The notes beneath the pieces were generated by a model. The model was not told the DNA's origin and made no database searches. It saw only the letters and a list, made by a program, of their open reading frames with translations. Positions 1 through 11,544 of a DNA stretch of 64,000 bases are shown here, in pieces (the stretch's first letter is position 1; the number at the start of each line of letters is the position of its first letter). Position numbers and translations under genes: made by a program. This DNA comes from Vairimorpha necatrix (lineage: Eukaryota). The stretch spans positions 434,001-498,000 of the forward strand of contig CP142735.1 in assembly GCA_036630325.1 (NCBI GenBank), read 5' to 3'.

Positions 1-2108
1 AACTTATTTTCGGATATGATTTTATTATCAATGTCATGCTTGTACCGATTAATTTTCAATCTGTAACACATGCCGCAGGTTCTTGTTACCTCGGTTATCA
101 ATTGGAATAAATTCTTTACTTTGACATAGTTCTTTATGTTATTATACATGGTAGTAATTCCTCTGTGTCCGGACAATTTATGTATCTGTTCCAGCAAATA
201 TCTATATTTATTCCGATCAATGACGACTCGTTTGTTTTTGTCGATTATTAATTTTCCATTTCGTGTTTTAATAGCACATTTGTCAATAAGTTCGTCATAC
301 TCTGTCTTAACGTTCAAGTTTTCCATGTATAAGCATCGCGACAAACTGTCGGCGATGATGTTTTTATCTCCATCGATATGAATAATTTTATGATTAAATT
401 CATTCATCAATAAGCGCCACCTTTCAAGCCTGGACGTTTTCTTTTGGTTGCCGTGTACGCAGTTTCTACTATCTGTGTATATCTCAATGTAGCAACCTTG
501 AATAATGGTTTTAAAATGTATTGAGGCCAAAACTATTGCTAAATATTCCTTTTCTACTATGGTATAATTTAATTCAAATCCATTTAATTTCTTGGAATAA
601 TATCCTGTTACCCGATCTTCTTGTTTTAAAACCGCTCCAAGGCCCAGATCTGAAGCATCACACTCTAGTATAAATTTTTTTGAATAATCTGGAAAGGAAA
701 GTTTTGCTCCTTCTGAAATTTCTTTTTTGATTTCGTTAATTACGGATTTTGCCTTTTCACTTAAGCTTAGTTTTTTATTGTTTTGTTTTAACATATTGCT
801 TACTTCGCAAATTCTCGTTGATAGTTTTGGTACAAATTTTCTGTACCAGTTTATTACTCCCATCAATTTTTGTACGTCTTTCCTGGTTGAGATCTCTTTA
901 TTAAATATTTTGTTATCCAAACTCTTAAGGTTAGGATAAATGCCTTCTTTATCAATTTTATATCTCAGTATACTTATTTCTTGATGGAAAAATTTGCACT
1001 TATCAAAATTTATCTTCACGTGTTTATCATGCAAAGTGTCCAAGATAGTTTCAAGGGTTTTAACGTGCTCTTCTTTTGTTAAAGTGAAAATGACTATGTC
1101 ATCTATATAAACAAAACAGTTGGGTATATCAGCCAATATTTCCGCAATGTATCTTTGAAAAACTTTAGGGCCTGGTTTTATACCAAAAGGAATCCTCTTG
1201 TATTGGTACTGCCGCTCTAATAACATAAACGAGGTAAACTTCTTGCTTTCTGGACTTATAGGTATTTGGTTAAAACCATTTTGGAGGTCCAGACTGCTAA
1301 AATATTTGTTTTGGCCAATTGTCCTTAGACAATCGTCTATTTTTGGTAAGATCCATGGGTCATCTTCAAGATGTTCATTCATTTTCTTATAATCCACGAC
1401 CAATCTAAGGTCATTGTTCTTCTTTTTTAAAAAGAATGCGGGGCTGGAAAAGGGGGAGTTACTCACTTCGATTATATCTTCCTTCAATAGTCTCGCGACT
1501 TCTGCTTTCCCTTGTTCATAGTACTTATGGGGGACACTGTACCCGTGTGATTGAATAACTTTCATTGTATTTTTAATAGTAAATGTGGCAGGTTCAACCT
1601 GTATTTTTTTAAAACTTTCATTCATAACCATATACTCCTTAATTTTTTTATTTAAACTTTCCTTAGCAGCTTGCATAGTGAAACAAATCTTCTCACTAAG
1701 ACGGTCGTCCAATATTTCGTCGGTTGTCTTGTCGCAACCAAGTAGTTTGACCAATTTCTCTCTGATAATTAAAATTCTCCTACTGAAATCTATCTTGCAA
1801 TCATTATTCTCAAAAAATTCTAGACCCAAAATAAATTTTACTGGAAGCCTTTTAAGAACGTAAAAGTCGATTTTATAATCTTCACTTCCAAATTTTACAG
1901 TTTCCCTGACAATTTGTGAGGATTCTTCTTCCTCTCCGTTTCCAAATGAGACTCTAATTGGTTTGGTATCTTCCATTTTTAAATTAAGTTTTTTTACCAT
2001 ATCTTCTTGAACGTAGTTTTCATCTGATCCGTTATCTAACATAAAAATCTCAACGGTATTTTGATTTCTGCATTTAGCTGTAGGGCCCTCGATCCGGTCC
2101 GTTTGGTC
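1..2108 (-). CDS. pol: Pol (PR-RT-RH-start of IN) of element A, -1 frame relative to gag, runs off window
   Basis: One frame carries MLDNGSDENYV (PR), CFVYIDDIV (RT), LECDASDLGLGAVL (RH) and HKLSGH...CGMC (IN zinc finger). Frame was checked at 2108, 1100 and 77. Confidence 0.85.
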
Positions 2109-3058
2109 TCATTTATTATGAAACATTTTCTTTCATTCTTAGGCTCCTTGGATTCGCCTTCTAATTTTCGCATGTAGCAGTCTCGCGTATTATGAGACTT
2201 AAGTCGGTGTATGGAGCACCACTTACTGTTTCTAAATGTATTGTTCGCGGGCTTCAATTCTTCATCCTCGCGATTTTTAATAGTACCCGGGGATATGTGT
2301 GTTCGCGCCAACGTCCCCTGTAAAACTATACCCTCTTCTAATTTTTGAAGGTATTTTATTAAATCCGTCATTGAATGAGTGTCTAAGTTTTGTTTCAAAA
2401 TTTCCACCGCAGTAAAATGTCCTAAGCCTCTATTGAAAGCTTCAAATAACCGAGCCTCAGACTCTTTCTTAGACAACCCAAGCATCACTCCATAAATCTC
2501 AATTATTTTTTCTATCTCTTCGAAGTATTCGATAATGTAACGGAATTCTACCTGCCTAATTGTCTCCAGTTTTGTCATGAGCAATCTGATATCGTTTCTA
2601 GAATATAGGGTTCTCAGCAGTTCTCCTCTCAAAGTTTTATAGCTATTACTGGTTAACTTGTTTTCCAGTCTTCTGTCTTCTATCACAGAATGGTATATAA
2701 TTCCCATCTGTTCATCGTTCCAATCATTGGCCAGCGCCAATGATTCAAACCTCTCAAATTGTTTCAAGTCACAATCAAGTTTCACATTTTTATTTTTTTT
2801 TATTTTTTCTTTTATCATAACTGAGGTTCCTTTGATTTTCTTATCAAATAGGATATAGTCCTCGTTCACCAATTCACTTTTCTCGTTATTATTTACTCTC
2901 TCATGAACACTTAATGAGCTCATTGTGGTGTTACCACCAGGGAGGAGGCCGGTTTGTAAGTACCTTTCGATGATACTCCTCCCTGCAATATTATTAAGAA
3001 TATTTTTATTAAAATTGTATTTATTATCTTTCCCCTGTGGGCTAGTTCTGTTCCTCAT
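2036..3058 (-). CDS. gag: Gag-like protein of element A
   Basis: 340 aa ORF with a WCSIHRLKSHNTRDC (CHHC-type) knuckle, directly upstream of the protease. Confidence 0.8.
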   Translation of the reverse strand: MRNRTSPQGKDNKYNFNKNILNNIAGRSIIERYLQTGLLPGGNTTMSSLSVHERVNNNEKSELVNEDYILFDKKIKGTSVMIKEKIKKNKNVKLDCDLKQFERFESLALANDWNDEQMGIIYHSVIEDRRLENKLTSNSYKTLRGELLRTLYSRNDIRLLMTKLETIRQVEFRYIIEYFEEIEKIIEIYGVMLGLSKKESEARLFEAFNRGLGHFTAVEILKQNLDTHSMTDLIKYLQKLEEGIVLQGTLARTHISPGTIKNREDEELKPANNTFRNSKWCSIHRLKSHNTRDCYMRKLEGESKEPKNERKCFIINETKRTGSRALQLNAEIKIPLRFLC

Positions 3059-4990
3059 GTGAGGGGTAAGGCACGAAGGGCCTTCCCGATGTCTCTGTAT
3101 CTGTATGAGTTTTCAGTGCTTCTCATCTTCCAAAAAATTGGGGTAAAGTAAAAAGAAAATATTTATAGCAAAATATTTTCTAGAAAATTCATTTGGAGGG
3201 AAAAATAAACAAAAACAAATAATGTGGTAATTAATACCACAATAATGAAAATATCCTTATAAAAATATCTGTCTTAACTAATTGGTGAGTTGATGGTTCG
3301 GTAAATTTTCCTATAACCAGAAAAAATTATAAACGTAAACTGTATAAATTAAAAAAAAATTTTATTCAAAACAAACAAGTTTCTACGCCTAAAATGATGT
3401 GCAATAATACAAAAAAAAACTATGAATAAATCAATGTCTTGAATGCCCTCTAAGAAAATGTGAACACCGAATTTTTAACATTTTCTTAGAAGAAGAACTA
3501 AAGCATGTTACGAAACCATTGTACAAGAAGAATATGAAATCTTTTTTTAGGAACACTAATTATGTGTTTACATGAAAATTTAAAATGAACGTGTAAAATA
3601 AGAAAGCTGAATTGCGCTTGAAAAAAAAGTATGAGGATGTCGAAATTTATAGTAAATTATTTTTATACTCGATTTTAAAGGCTTAAGTTATGAGTGGTTT
3701 ATACAATAGAAAAAAAATTTATATTAAATGTCAAAAAAACTACAAGACTATTCGTAAGTGTAAAAAATAAGATGACTTCTAAATTATTTTGGTTATTTTT
3801 TAAATATCTATATGATGTTGTGTTGGCGTCACACGAAATCTAAAAAAAAATTCTTTCGCAGTTTTTTTTTATGTAAAATGTTATGAGAACCCTTACACGA
3901 AGACCAGAAGGACATGGTGTAATCTTTATTTAACACATATTATAAGGTTTCAAAACCTAAAACTTCTTTACAAACTACCCACTGCTTCAAGCTTCGCCGT
4001 ATTTATTAGACTTTGGCTTCGGGAGAACATTGATTTTCTATGTCTTAAAAAGCGACAAGGACGATCTAAATGTGCATAAAATGAAGCATGAGTATATAAA
4101 CCAAACCATGCATCATAGTACTAGTTCAAGGTCTCCGAAAATTATCACCTTAACATAAATCGTATTTGCAGAACTCTGTCGCCAAATATTCTCTCATCAG
4201 TTTCGGCCCGTATTACAACATCCTAATGAATAAAATCACGAGACTTTCTTTTATCTACTTCATTTTCGTAGTTTCTTTTATAATCCCTACCCCGAGTACA
4301 CCAGCTACGAACTCGAAACTTGCTACACCCAGAAAATAATTTTTGTGTCAATAAGACATTACTAAGTTATTGTTTTTTATCTGAAATAAACGTTTATAAA
4401 CCTAAACATAATTCTATGCTTGGACAACAAAAGTTTCATTAATTCAAAAAACGATTGTTATTAACATCATAATCTACTGAATTGTTTAAACAAATATCGA
4501 AAAGCGAAACGGTTTGGTTTTCGTGGGCTTCGAACCAACTATGTCCAAAGAAAAATCTACCTAAACTTCGAACTAAGAGCACCTTTTTATTTATGCAATT
4601 TTTGAATGGGGTTTTTAAAAGATGAGCAACTGTATAATCTAAAGATAAATAATTAATATTTTTATCTTTTTGCATGATGAATGAATTATGTGCTTTAGAT
4701 TTAATAAGCGTTTTTAACTTCCGGTTGGTCTCTTTTAAAAAAGTTTTTAATGTTAGAGATTCAATGGGTGCAAAAATTATTTTAACAAGTACAAAATGAT
4801 CAATTTACTTTTCATATTTGAAATTTAAAAATGAAGCGCAACAATTAATGCGCGATATTCTTGTATAAACATCGGATAACATGTTTAATATAATATTTTC
4901 TTAAAACATATTTTTATATTTTTTTTTCAATTGGCAATTATACAACTTTAAGATGCATTTACTTCCATTAGATACGTATTTTTAATTACA

Positions 4991-7900
4991 TTTTGGTTTT
5001 GAATACTCATGAATGAAAAGACTAACATGGCGAACACAAGAATATATGGGGTAAAAAGTGAGACCCGTGGCCAAGAGGAGAGAAACCTTTATAAAGAGCC
5101 CAAAATAATAGGAACAATGACAAGAATGAAAGTAGAGTTTAAAGACGCATATTTAAGGCAGGCACTAGGACAAGCAAGTGCTGAATCGCAGGATCTAATT
5201 ATTGAGGAAATATCAGTAATTAAAAAAATTAAAAATTAAGGAAATCGAAAAGTTGGTTAAAATGAAGAAGGGAAAGAAAAATAAGGAAGAAAGAATTAGA
5301 AGAGTTAGTTATAGGTATTAAACAAAAATTTAAGAAATAAGACTAAAGGGAACTGTGAGAAGAGTGGCAATGCCAGGGAAACATTATCAGCATGAAAGGT
5401 GAAGAGGCGAAGTTTTGTACGTGGAAAAATAGGACATATAGTTAGAAGCTGTATGAATCGTTGAGAAAAACAAGAAGAGGAAAATGAAAAGAAAAATTTC
5501 GAGTTTTCTGGTATTTGTGAAAATAATGTAGCAAATAAACTAAATTATACGAAAAAAATTACTATAAATTGAGAATATCAACAGTGAATATAAGTGAAAA
5601 TAATAGGAGATGTCAAGATATGAGGAATATGAATAACCATTCTACTGACAATAGTAACACGGAATTTAATTATTTACGCAAGATAAATGAGTATGTGATT
5701 AAGGTGTGTAAAGAGTCTTATTAGGGTACATAAAGTGATAAAAAGGGTTTGAAATATGAGGAGTTGTTGATCAGTTTGCAGATGATTAAAACCATTGGAA
5801 ACAAATATATTAATTTGGACAAAGATAATATGTTTTTTAAGGCTACTTAAAGGTGCAAAACATGTGAAAAGATATCACTCAATTTTAAAAGTGCAAAAGA
5901 AGAGACGAGGAGATACTTTCAGAATGCAGAAAACGAAGGCGTGGCAAAGATATTTAATTCTGATTGGATGAGCTGATACGAGAGATTGAGAAGCCTAATG
6001 GCGATGAATCGAATTGTGAGCAAACTATGGGGTTGAATGATTTGGTCGAAAAGACCATCATATGTTAGCTACTATAAGAGACATTATTCAAGCGACTCGA
6101 GGATCGTCGATATTTAGTGTGATTAATCCCAAGGAAGGTTTTAATTACATAGCCATTGAACTGAAGTACGAACAAAAAACAGCTTTTATTTGATGGTAAT
6201 ATGTTAAAGTGAAACAGTATGATGATTAAATTTATGAACTCACCTTAGATAATACAGAAAACGATGCATGGAGATTGTAGAGGAAATTAGAGGAAATGAA
6301 GTAGAAGTATACTGAGTCGATTTGGGTTTCGCGCTAAATATGTTATGCGACAACAATAGGATTTTTAGGTTTAATATAAAAGGTTTCAAAAGTATGTCTA
6401 AATCCTAATCTTAAAAAAAAACAATGCAGGAAAAGTTAAGATATTTATTAAGTGTGTCAATCGATGAAAATAATAAGAATCCACCGTAGATAACGAGAAA
6501 TAAAGCGCTAATATATAAACGAGCGGAGTTCATGAAGGAATTGCTGGGATTTTGGGGCTTAGCAAGCTGGTTTAGAGAATTTATAAAGAACTTGCAACAA
6601 TTACATAAAACTTGTTTGAGGCATTAAAACGAGTACAAAATGAGAGTGAAACGACATTTTGAATTTACCTCATTTTAGAAGTAAGATTTAAGCAATTTTT
6701 TAGCCTCTTAAGGTACCAGGCTAGAACAAATAATTTAGGTTACGTACAGATGCGTCGTATTCATGACTGGGAGAAGTACTTTTACAGAAGAATAAAGCAG
6801 GAAGTAGTAGTAATACAATATGCTCTAAAAATATATTTTTTTAACAGAGAGAATATAAGCTATAAAGGAAAAGAAATGTTAGAGGTTGTATAATGATTAG
6901 AAAGGTTTTCTTACGAATTAAAGGAAGGGAATACGAGTTAATAAAAATCATAAAGCCTTGGATGAGATCAAGAACAAAGCTTCTTTAAAAATAACAGAAT
7001 AAACCGATGAATTGAAAGAATACAGCAGTATGACATTGACGACAATATGTAAAAGGTGAATTATTGCAAATGTGGATGCATTTAATATACAATATCAACA
7101 TGATAAAGATAAAAATGAATCTAAAATTAAAGAAAAAGCTACTGCACAAATTAATGGGAAAATTGAAAAACTTACTTGTTCAGAGATAATGTGAGTATTG
7201 GGAAATTTGATAATGAAGTACAAATGAACATTCTCAATTTGGAAGAGAGATCAAAAATAGTAAAGGACATACATGAGAGGTTAAATCACAGAGAGGCAAA
7301 AGGAACATATTATGAGCCAAAGAAACATTATTATTGGCCTGAGATGAAAGATCAGGTAATTTGTGAAATGAGAGCATGTGTGAAGCGTCAGATAGGCAAT
7401 AGGAAGAATAAGGGGGAGTTGATTTTGTTATATCGAGTTATAATACGAGAAATGTGCGATTGATTACCCTAGAAAATTTGTTTTGATAAGAATTAACTAT
7501 TATACTCGATATTTGTATGCTAGTGTCTTAAAAGACAAAAGTACAAAGATGATTATTAGTGCTTTGAGGTATGGTTTTTAGAAAGAGATTGTTATCTGAA
7601 GGCGAATATGGGGTAGTCTGAGGCTTGGTATTTGAAAAAAAAATCTTTTTAAGAGACACATCATTTATTTATATAATTTCTTTATATTGTTTTATTCTCG
7701 GCCTGAAACAATCATGTTTCAGGTTGAGATGAAACGTTTGAAATATCTTGTTTCAGTCCTTTATTGGTGCCGCAAGTGATGGCGGTAACAGAGATAAATC
7801 CGAAATGATTATAAGCATAAAGCCATTGCGTTTGTAGTCGAAGACTTGGGGAAGTGGTGTTTTCTAAGCAGATCGAACATAAGCAGGTTAGCATGAAAGA

Positions 7901-8396
7901 ACATAGAATCAACGGCCACGTTTAAGGGCGTTAAGAATGATTTGTGAAAGCGTGTTGAACAAAGTTCGGATGACGTTGAAGCTGCAGTGAATAAGATAAC
8001 AGTGATGTATAATGGAACGTTTTATAGCCGACTTAAACGTTTTCCCTTAGATGTTGTTAACGAAATAAATAAAGACGTAGAGGTAAAGTGTTGAAACACG
8101 GTGAATAAAAACTATGTCAAGAAATTTATTAAAAAGATAGAAAAGGGTTTTAGTAGGTTCGGATTGTAAATTTTGCAAAGGGAAAAATTTTTGGTGGGTA
8201 GGAAACAGGATAGTGGGAATAAGAAAGAAAAAGCAATATTCTGAAAATATGAGAGAAAAAATTGTATCTAGTAAAGACCTAGGATGAAAATTTAATAAAA
8301 AAATGACATTAGACCTTAAAGTAATTGTAGAATTAAGACTAACTATCTCGAGGGGGGAATGTTAGGCGTAACCCCTCATGAATAACCAACTCAACA
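4991..8396 (+). mobile_element. Heavily degraded Ty3/Gypsy element B with putative 37-bp LTRs
   Basis: Fragments of zinc knuckle, RT, RH (TDAS) and IN (HERLNHR..YYWP). PPT GAGGGGGGAA precedes TGTT at 8360. 4991-5027 vs 8360-8396 match at 21/37. Flanks TTACA/CTACA. PBS TGGCGAAC. Confidence 0.7.
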
Positions 8397-8751
8397 CTAC
8401 ATCAAATTATATTTTTAATAAATGACACAAATTTTTTCATTCACGTGAATATTTTTTTCTTAAAAAGCTAGTAAATATGTTCAGGGATTTCGTAACGATC
8501 TGTCATTTTTTAATATATAAAAAACTTTAAAGAAAGTAAAAACTTAAACTTTTAATATTTCAGTTCAACTTACAATAAGAAAAACTAATTATATTATGAT
8601 TTAAACAACGCCATACAAGACACCGTTTTATAACTATTCGATCGAGTTTTATATGCAAGCTAATTTTCTTAATCAATACATATAATTTATAAAGAATAGG
8701 TCTTAATACGCTTAAATTAATTTCATATAAATATTATAATTTTTTTACCGT

Positions 8752-10866
8752 ATGAATATTTTTTTCTTTATTATTTTAATACAAGGTTTTAATAATATCT
8801 ATAATACAATCAAAAGTGTAATTATCAATAAAATAGAGAAAAGAGAATTTCTTACGATTGACATCGAAACACATTATTTAAGAGTTGATCTATGGTTCAA
8901 TAAAAATAAAAACGAACTTAATGCAGATTTAGTAAGGAAAATTTATTATTCGGAAATTATATATGAAAGAGGATTTATAAAAGTCCTTTGTACCAACAAG
9001 TCTATTGAAAACATATGTACAGAATTCGAACAAAAATTATCTCAAGAATATTATAAGAATTTGGACGTTTCAATTGTGTTAATCTACGATACAGCATATA
9101 TTGAATCATATCAAATCTACTGTGAAATAGTTAATTTTTTAAAACAAAAAAATCATGAAAAAAAAACAGGGAAATTTAGTTCAGAATTATATTATGAAAA
9201 TATAATTGAAAACAATAGACTATGGAATAGAATGTTCAATGTTAGAAAAGTCGGAAACAATTACTACTATAATTCCGATATTGTTAGTCTCGATTCGCCT
9301 CTCCAATACATAAAAAAGAACAACGATCGGTTTATATCATTTTGTAAAAATTTTGAAAATGTTTATTATTTCTTTGATTTAGATGCCAAAGAATTTTATA
9401 CTGATGATTTTTTTTCTTTGTTTAAAGTAACACTAGAATACGAGAATGAAGACGAAATTCTTATTGTAAAAAATCTGCTAGAATTATATAAACACATACA
9501 TATTGACTTTATGTATATTTATTATAAAAATTTAATTGAAGAGATATCATTAAATAAGATCAAATTTTACGACTTTTCTTTTATGGCAAAAATTGAAAGC
9601 AATACCATAAGATTTATACATAATTCTAAGGAATATGTTTATTATATACAAGAAAGTGCAGATATGAACAATAATTTTACTGTTATTGATTTTGATTGTT
9701 TTTCAAGCTTTCAAAAAATTTTTGGAAAAATATCAATAATAAATAATACTAAAAAATGTCATACAGTGATCGAATTGTTTTATCGATTAATGGAAAGCAA
9801 CTTGAAGGTAGAAGTTATTTTAGAAAGAATTTTAAGCAAATTAGGAACGGGGATTAATATTTTATTTTTACACTTATTATTAAATGAAGAGTTAATAAAT
9901 GAAAGCGAATTGAAGATGCATGTGGTAAGTGGAATTGATAGGTCAATATTCATGCAAAATTTATTGAAAAAGTTATCTGATAACATATTGAGTGCAAGTA
10001 CATATGTAATAAAAATTTGCATATTTATAGAAGGGGAAGATTTTATAAATGAAAACGATATAAATAAAGATATTTTTGGTACTATGAAAAAAATAGAAAA
10101 TCTTAATGCAGCAAAGAAAAATATACAAATCAATAAAAAAGATGAATTTTCGATTATAGATAAGAAAAAAGAAATTGATTTATTAAATATATACAAAACT
10201 GTCGTGGAATTTTATTTAAAGGATATCGAAAATTTTAAAGAGACTGTTTGGAAACATATTTTTAAACTGGTGTCATTGTTTACTGGATTAGATGCAACTA
10301 TTTGTGAAATATATTGTGAACGTCTTTGCATTAAAAAACATGAAGTTATTAGAGACTTGAGGCTTGATATTGGCGATATAGAATATACTAACAAAATAAT
10401 AAGCAAGAATTTATCAAAAGCTGCCCAAGAAGATGTATTAAAGAAAAATGTAAAATATCTAGAAGCCCAAATATATATCATGCAACAAAAAATGAATGAA
10501 AAAACGTTAGATTATGAACATATGAAAAAATATAAAGAAGAAGTAAAAAAGATACTTAATAAAATTAATCAAAAAACATTTAATAAAATAATAAAGGACG
10601 CAATAAACAAAGAAGTTGAAATCTTATACGATGACGATGTAATCACCAAATTAGAAAATAAACTAGAAAAAATTGTTCGAAAAGAAATCAGAAAAGTTTT
10701 TTGTGATACCTCGATGAAATGTCTTGTTAATCAAATCCATGTACTTCTTGGAAATGTTTTAAGCGAATATGAAATTGAAGAAATCGAAAATGTTTGCCGA
10801 GTTTTACGATTTAATATCAAAGAACACATTAAAAAGAATAGTAAAGAATACTTTATACAGATTTGA
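8752..10866 (+). CDS. Uncharacterised predicted secreted protein, paralog of 25487-27889; homology continues past an in-frame TGA to 11070
   Basis: 704 aa ORF with hydrophobic N-terminus MNIFFFIILIQG. Blocks shared with the paralog: YLRV, VLIYD..YIES, RFISFC...YYFF. Confidence 0.85.
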   Translation: MNIFFFIILIQGFNNIYNTIKSVIINKIEKREFLTIDIETHYLRVDLWFNKNKNELNADLVRKIYYSEIIYERGFIKVLCTNKSIENICTEFEQKLSQEYYKNLDVSIVLIYDTAYIESYQIYCEIVNFLKQKNHEKKTGKFSSELYYENIIENNRLWNRMFNVRKVGNNYYYNSDIVSLDSPLQYIKKNNDRFISFCKNFENVYYFFDLDAKEFYTDDFFSLFKVTLEYENEDEILIVKNLLELYKHIHIDFMYIYYKNLIEEISLNKIKFYDFSFMAKIESNTIRFIHNSKEYVYYIQESADMNNNFTVIDFDCFSSFQKIFGKISIINNTKKCHTVIELFYRLMESNLKVEVILERILSKLGTGINILFLHLLLNEELINESELKMHVVSGIDRSIFMQNLLKKLSDNILSASTYVIKICIFIEGEDFINENDINKDIFGTMKKIENLNAAKKNIQINKKDEFSIIDKKKEIDLLNIYKTVVEFYLKDIENFKETVWKHIFKLVSLFTGLDATICEIYCERLCIKKHEVIRDLRLDIGDIEYTNKIISKNLSKAAQEDVLKKNVKYLEAQIYIMQQKMNEKTLDYEHMKKYKEEVKKILNKINQKTFNKIIKDAINKEVEILYDDDVITKLENKLEKIVRKEIRKVFCDTSMKCLVNQIHVLLGNVLSEYEIEEIENVCRVLRFNIKEHIKKNSKEYFIQI

Positions 10867-11434
10867 AAAGTTTTTTTTGAAAGTACTTTATATAATGACG
10901 ACCATATAAAAGCAAAACAAATAAAAAATTACAAGACTTTTACCTCCATGTTGAATGATAAAGACTTTTTAGAAATTACAGATAAGGGGTTGGGAATAAA
11001 ATTACATGATGATTTGTTAGAAATTTTTAAAGAAGTTGAACACGAAACATTAATTAATAAAAGTATCTAAGTTACATATTTAGTACAAACGAAACTAATT
11101 TGCTTTTTTGGAAAAATAACTATGTATTAACAAACAATTAAAACTTAATTTATGTTGTATATCGATAATGCCATTTTAAATAGATTTAGTTTTTAGTATT
11201 TAATATCTAAAAGGCAAGTCATTGCTTAAAATATTTGAGCCCTTGCAACTGCATTATATTAGTCTTTAGATATGCATCGTAACTTCATTGTTTAAACGTG
11301 ATGTAAATAAGCATCTTAACAAAGACCATAGTGCACAATATAGTCATGTTTGGAACAACCTCTTAGTTTATTATGTGCGTATTATTGTAGTCCGATAAGA
11401 CTCCCTGCGCTTACACAAAAAAATATTTAAATAT

Positions 11435-11544
11435 TGTAGGAAGTGCTACACATGTCAAATATATTGTGTCATTGTTTTGATATATTTGACATGTCGTTTC
11501 TTTAAATATTTTATAATAATTAAACCCATGTTTTTATCCCAACA
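11435..11544 (+). repeat. 5' LTR of element C
   Basis: Identical to 15023-15132. Confidence 0.97.

Larger units (their letters stand above)
1..3241 (-). mobile_element. Ty3/Gypsy LTR retrotransposon A, truncated by window start
   Basis: gag ORF followed by pol motifs on the minus strand. Putative 5' LTR at ~3140-3241 starts TGTGGTATTAATTACCACA. The LTR boundary cannot be confirmed because the 3' LTR is outside the window. Confidence 0.85.

Noticed and set aside
3300..4900. Possible decayed coding or TE sequence
   Set aside because: No assignable motif or termini found
9780..10481. Antisense hydrophobic ORFs (also 25812-26306, 12274-12660 and others)
   Set aside because: Shadows of K/E/N-rich sense ORFs in AT-rich DNA
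11477..11527. ORF-track start (TTG) of the 1179 aa ORF
   Set aside because: Non-ATG start inside the LTR hairpin. The first ATG with CCC context is at 11528.
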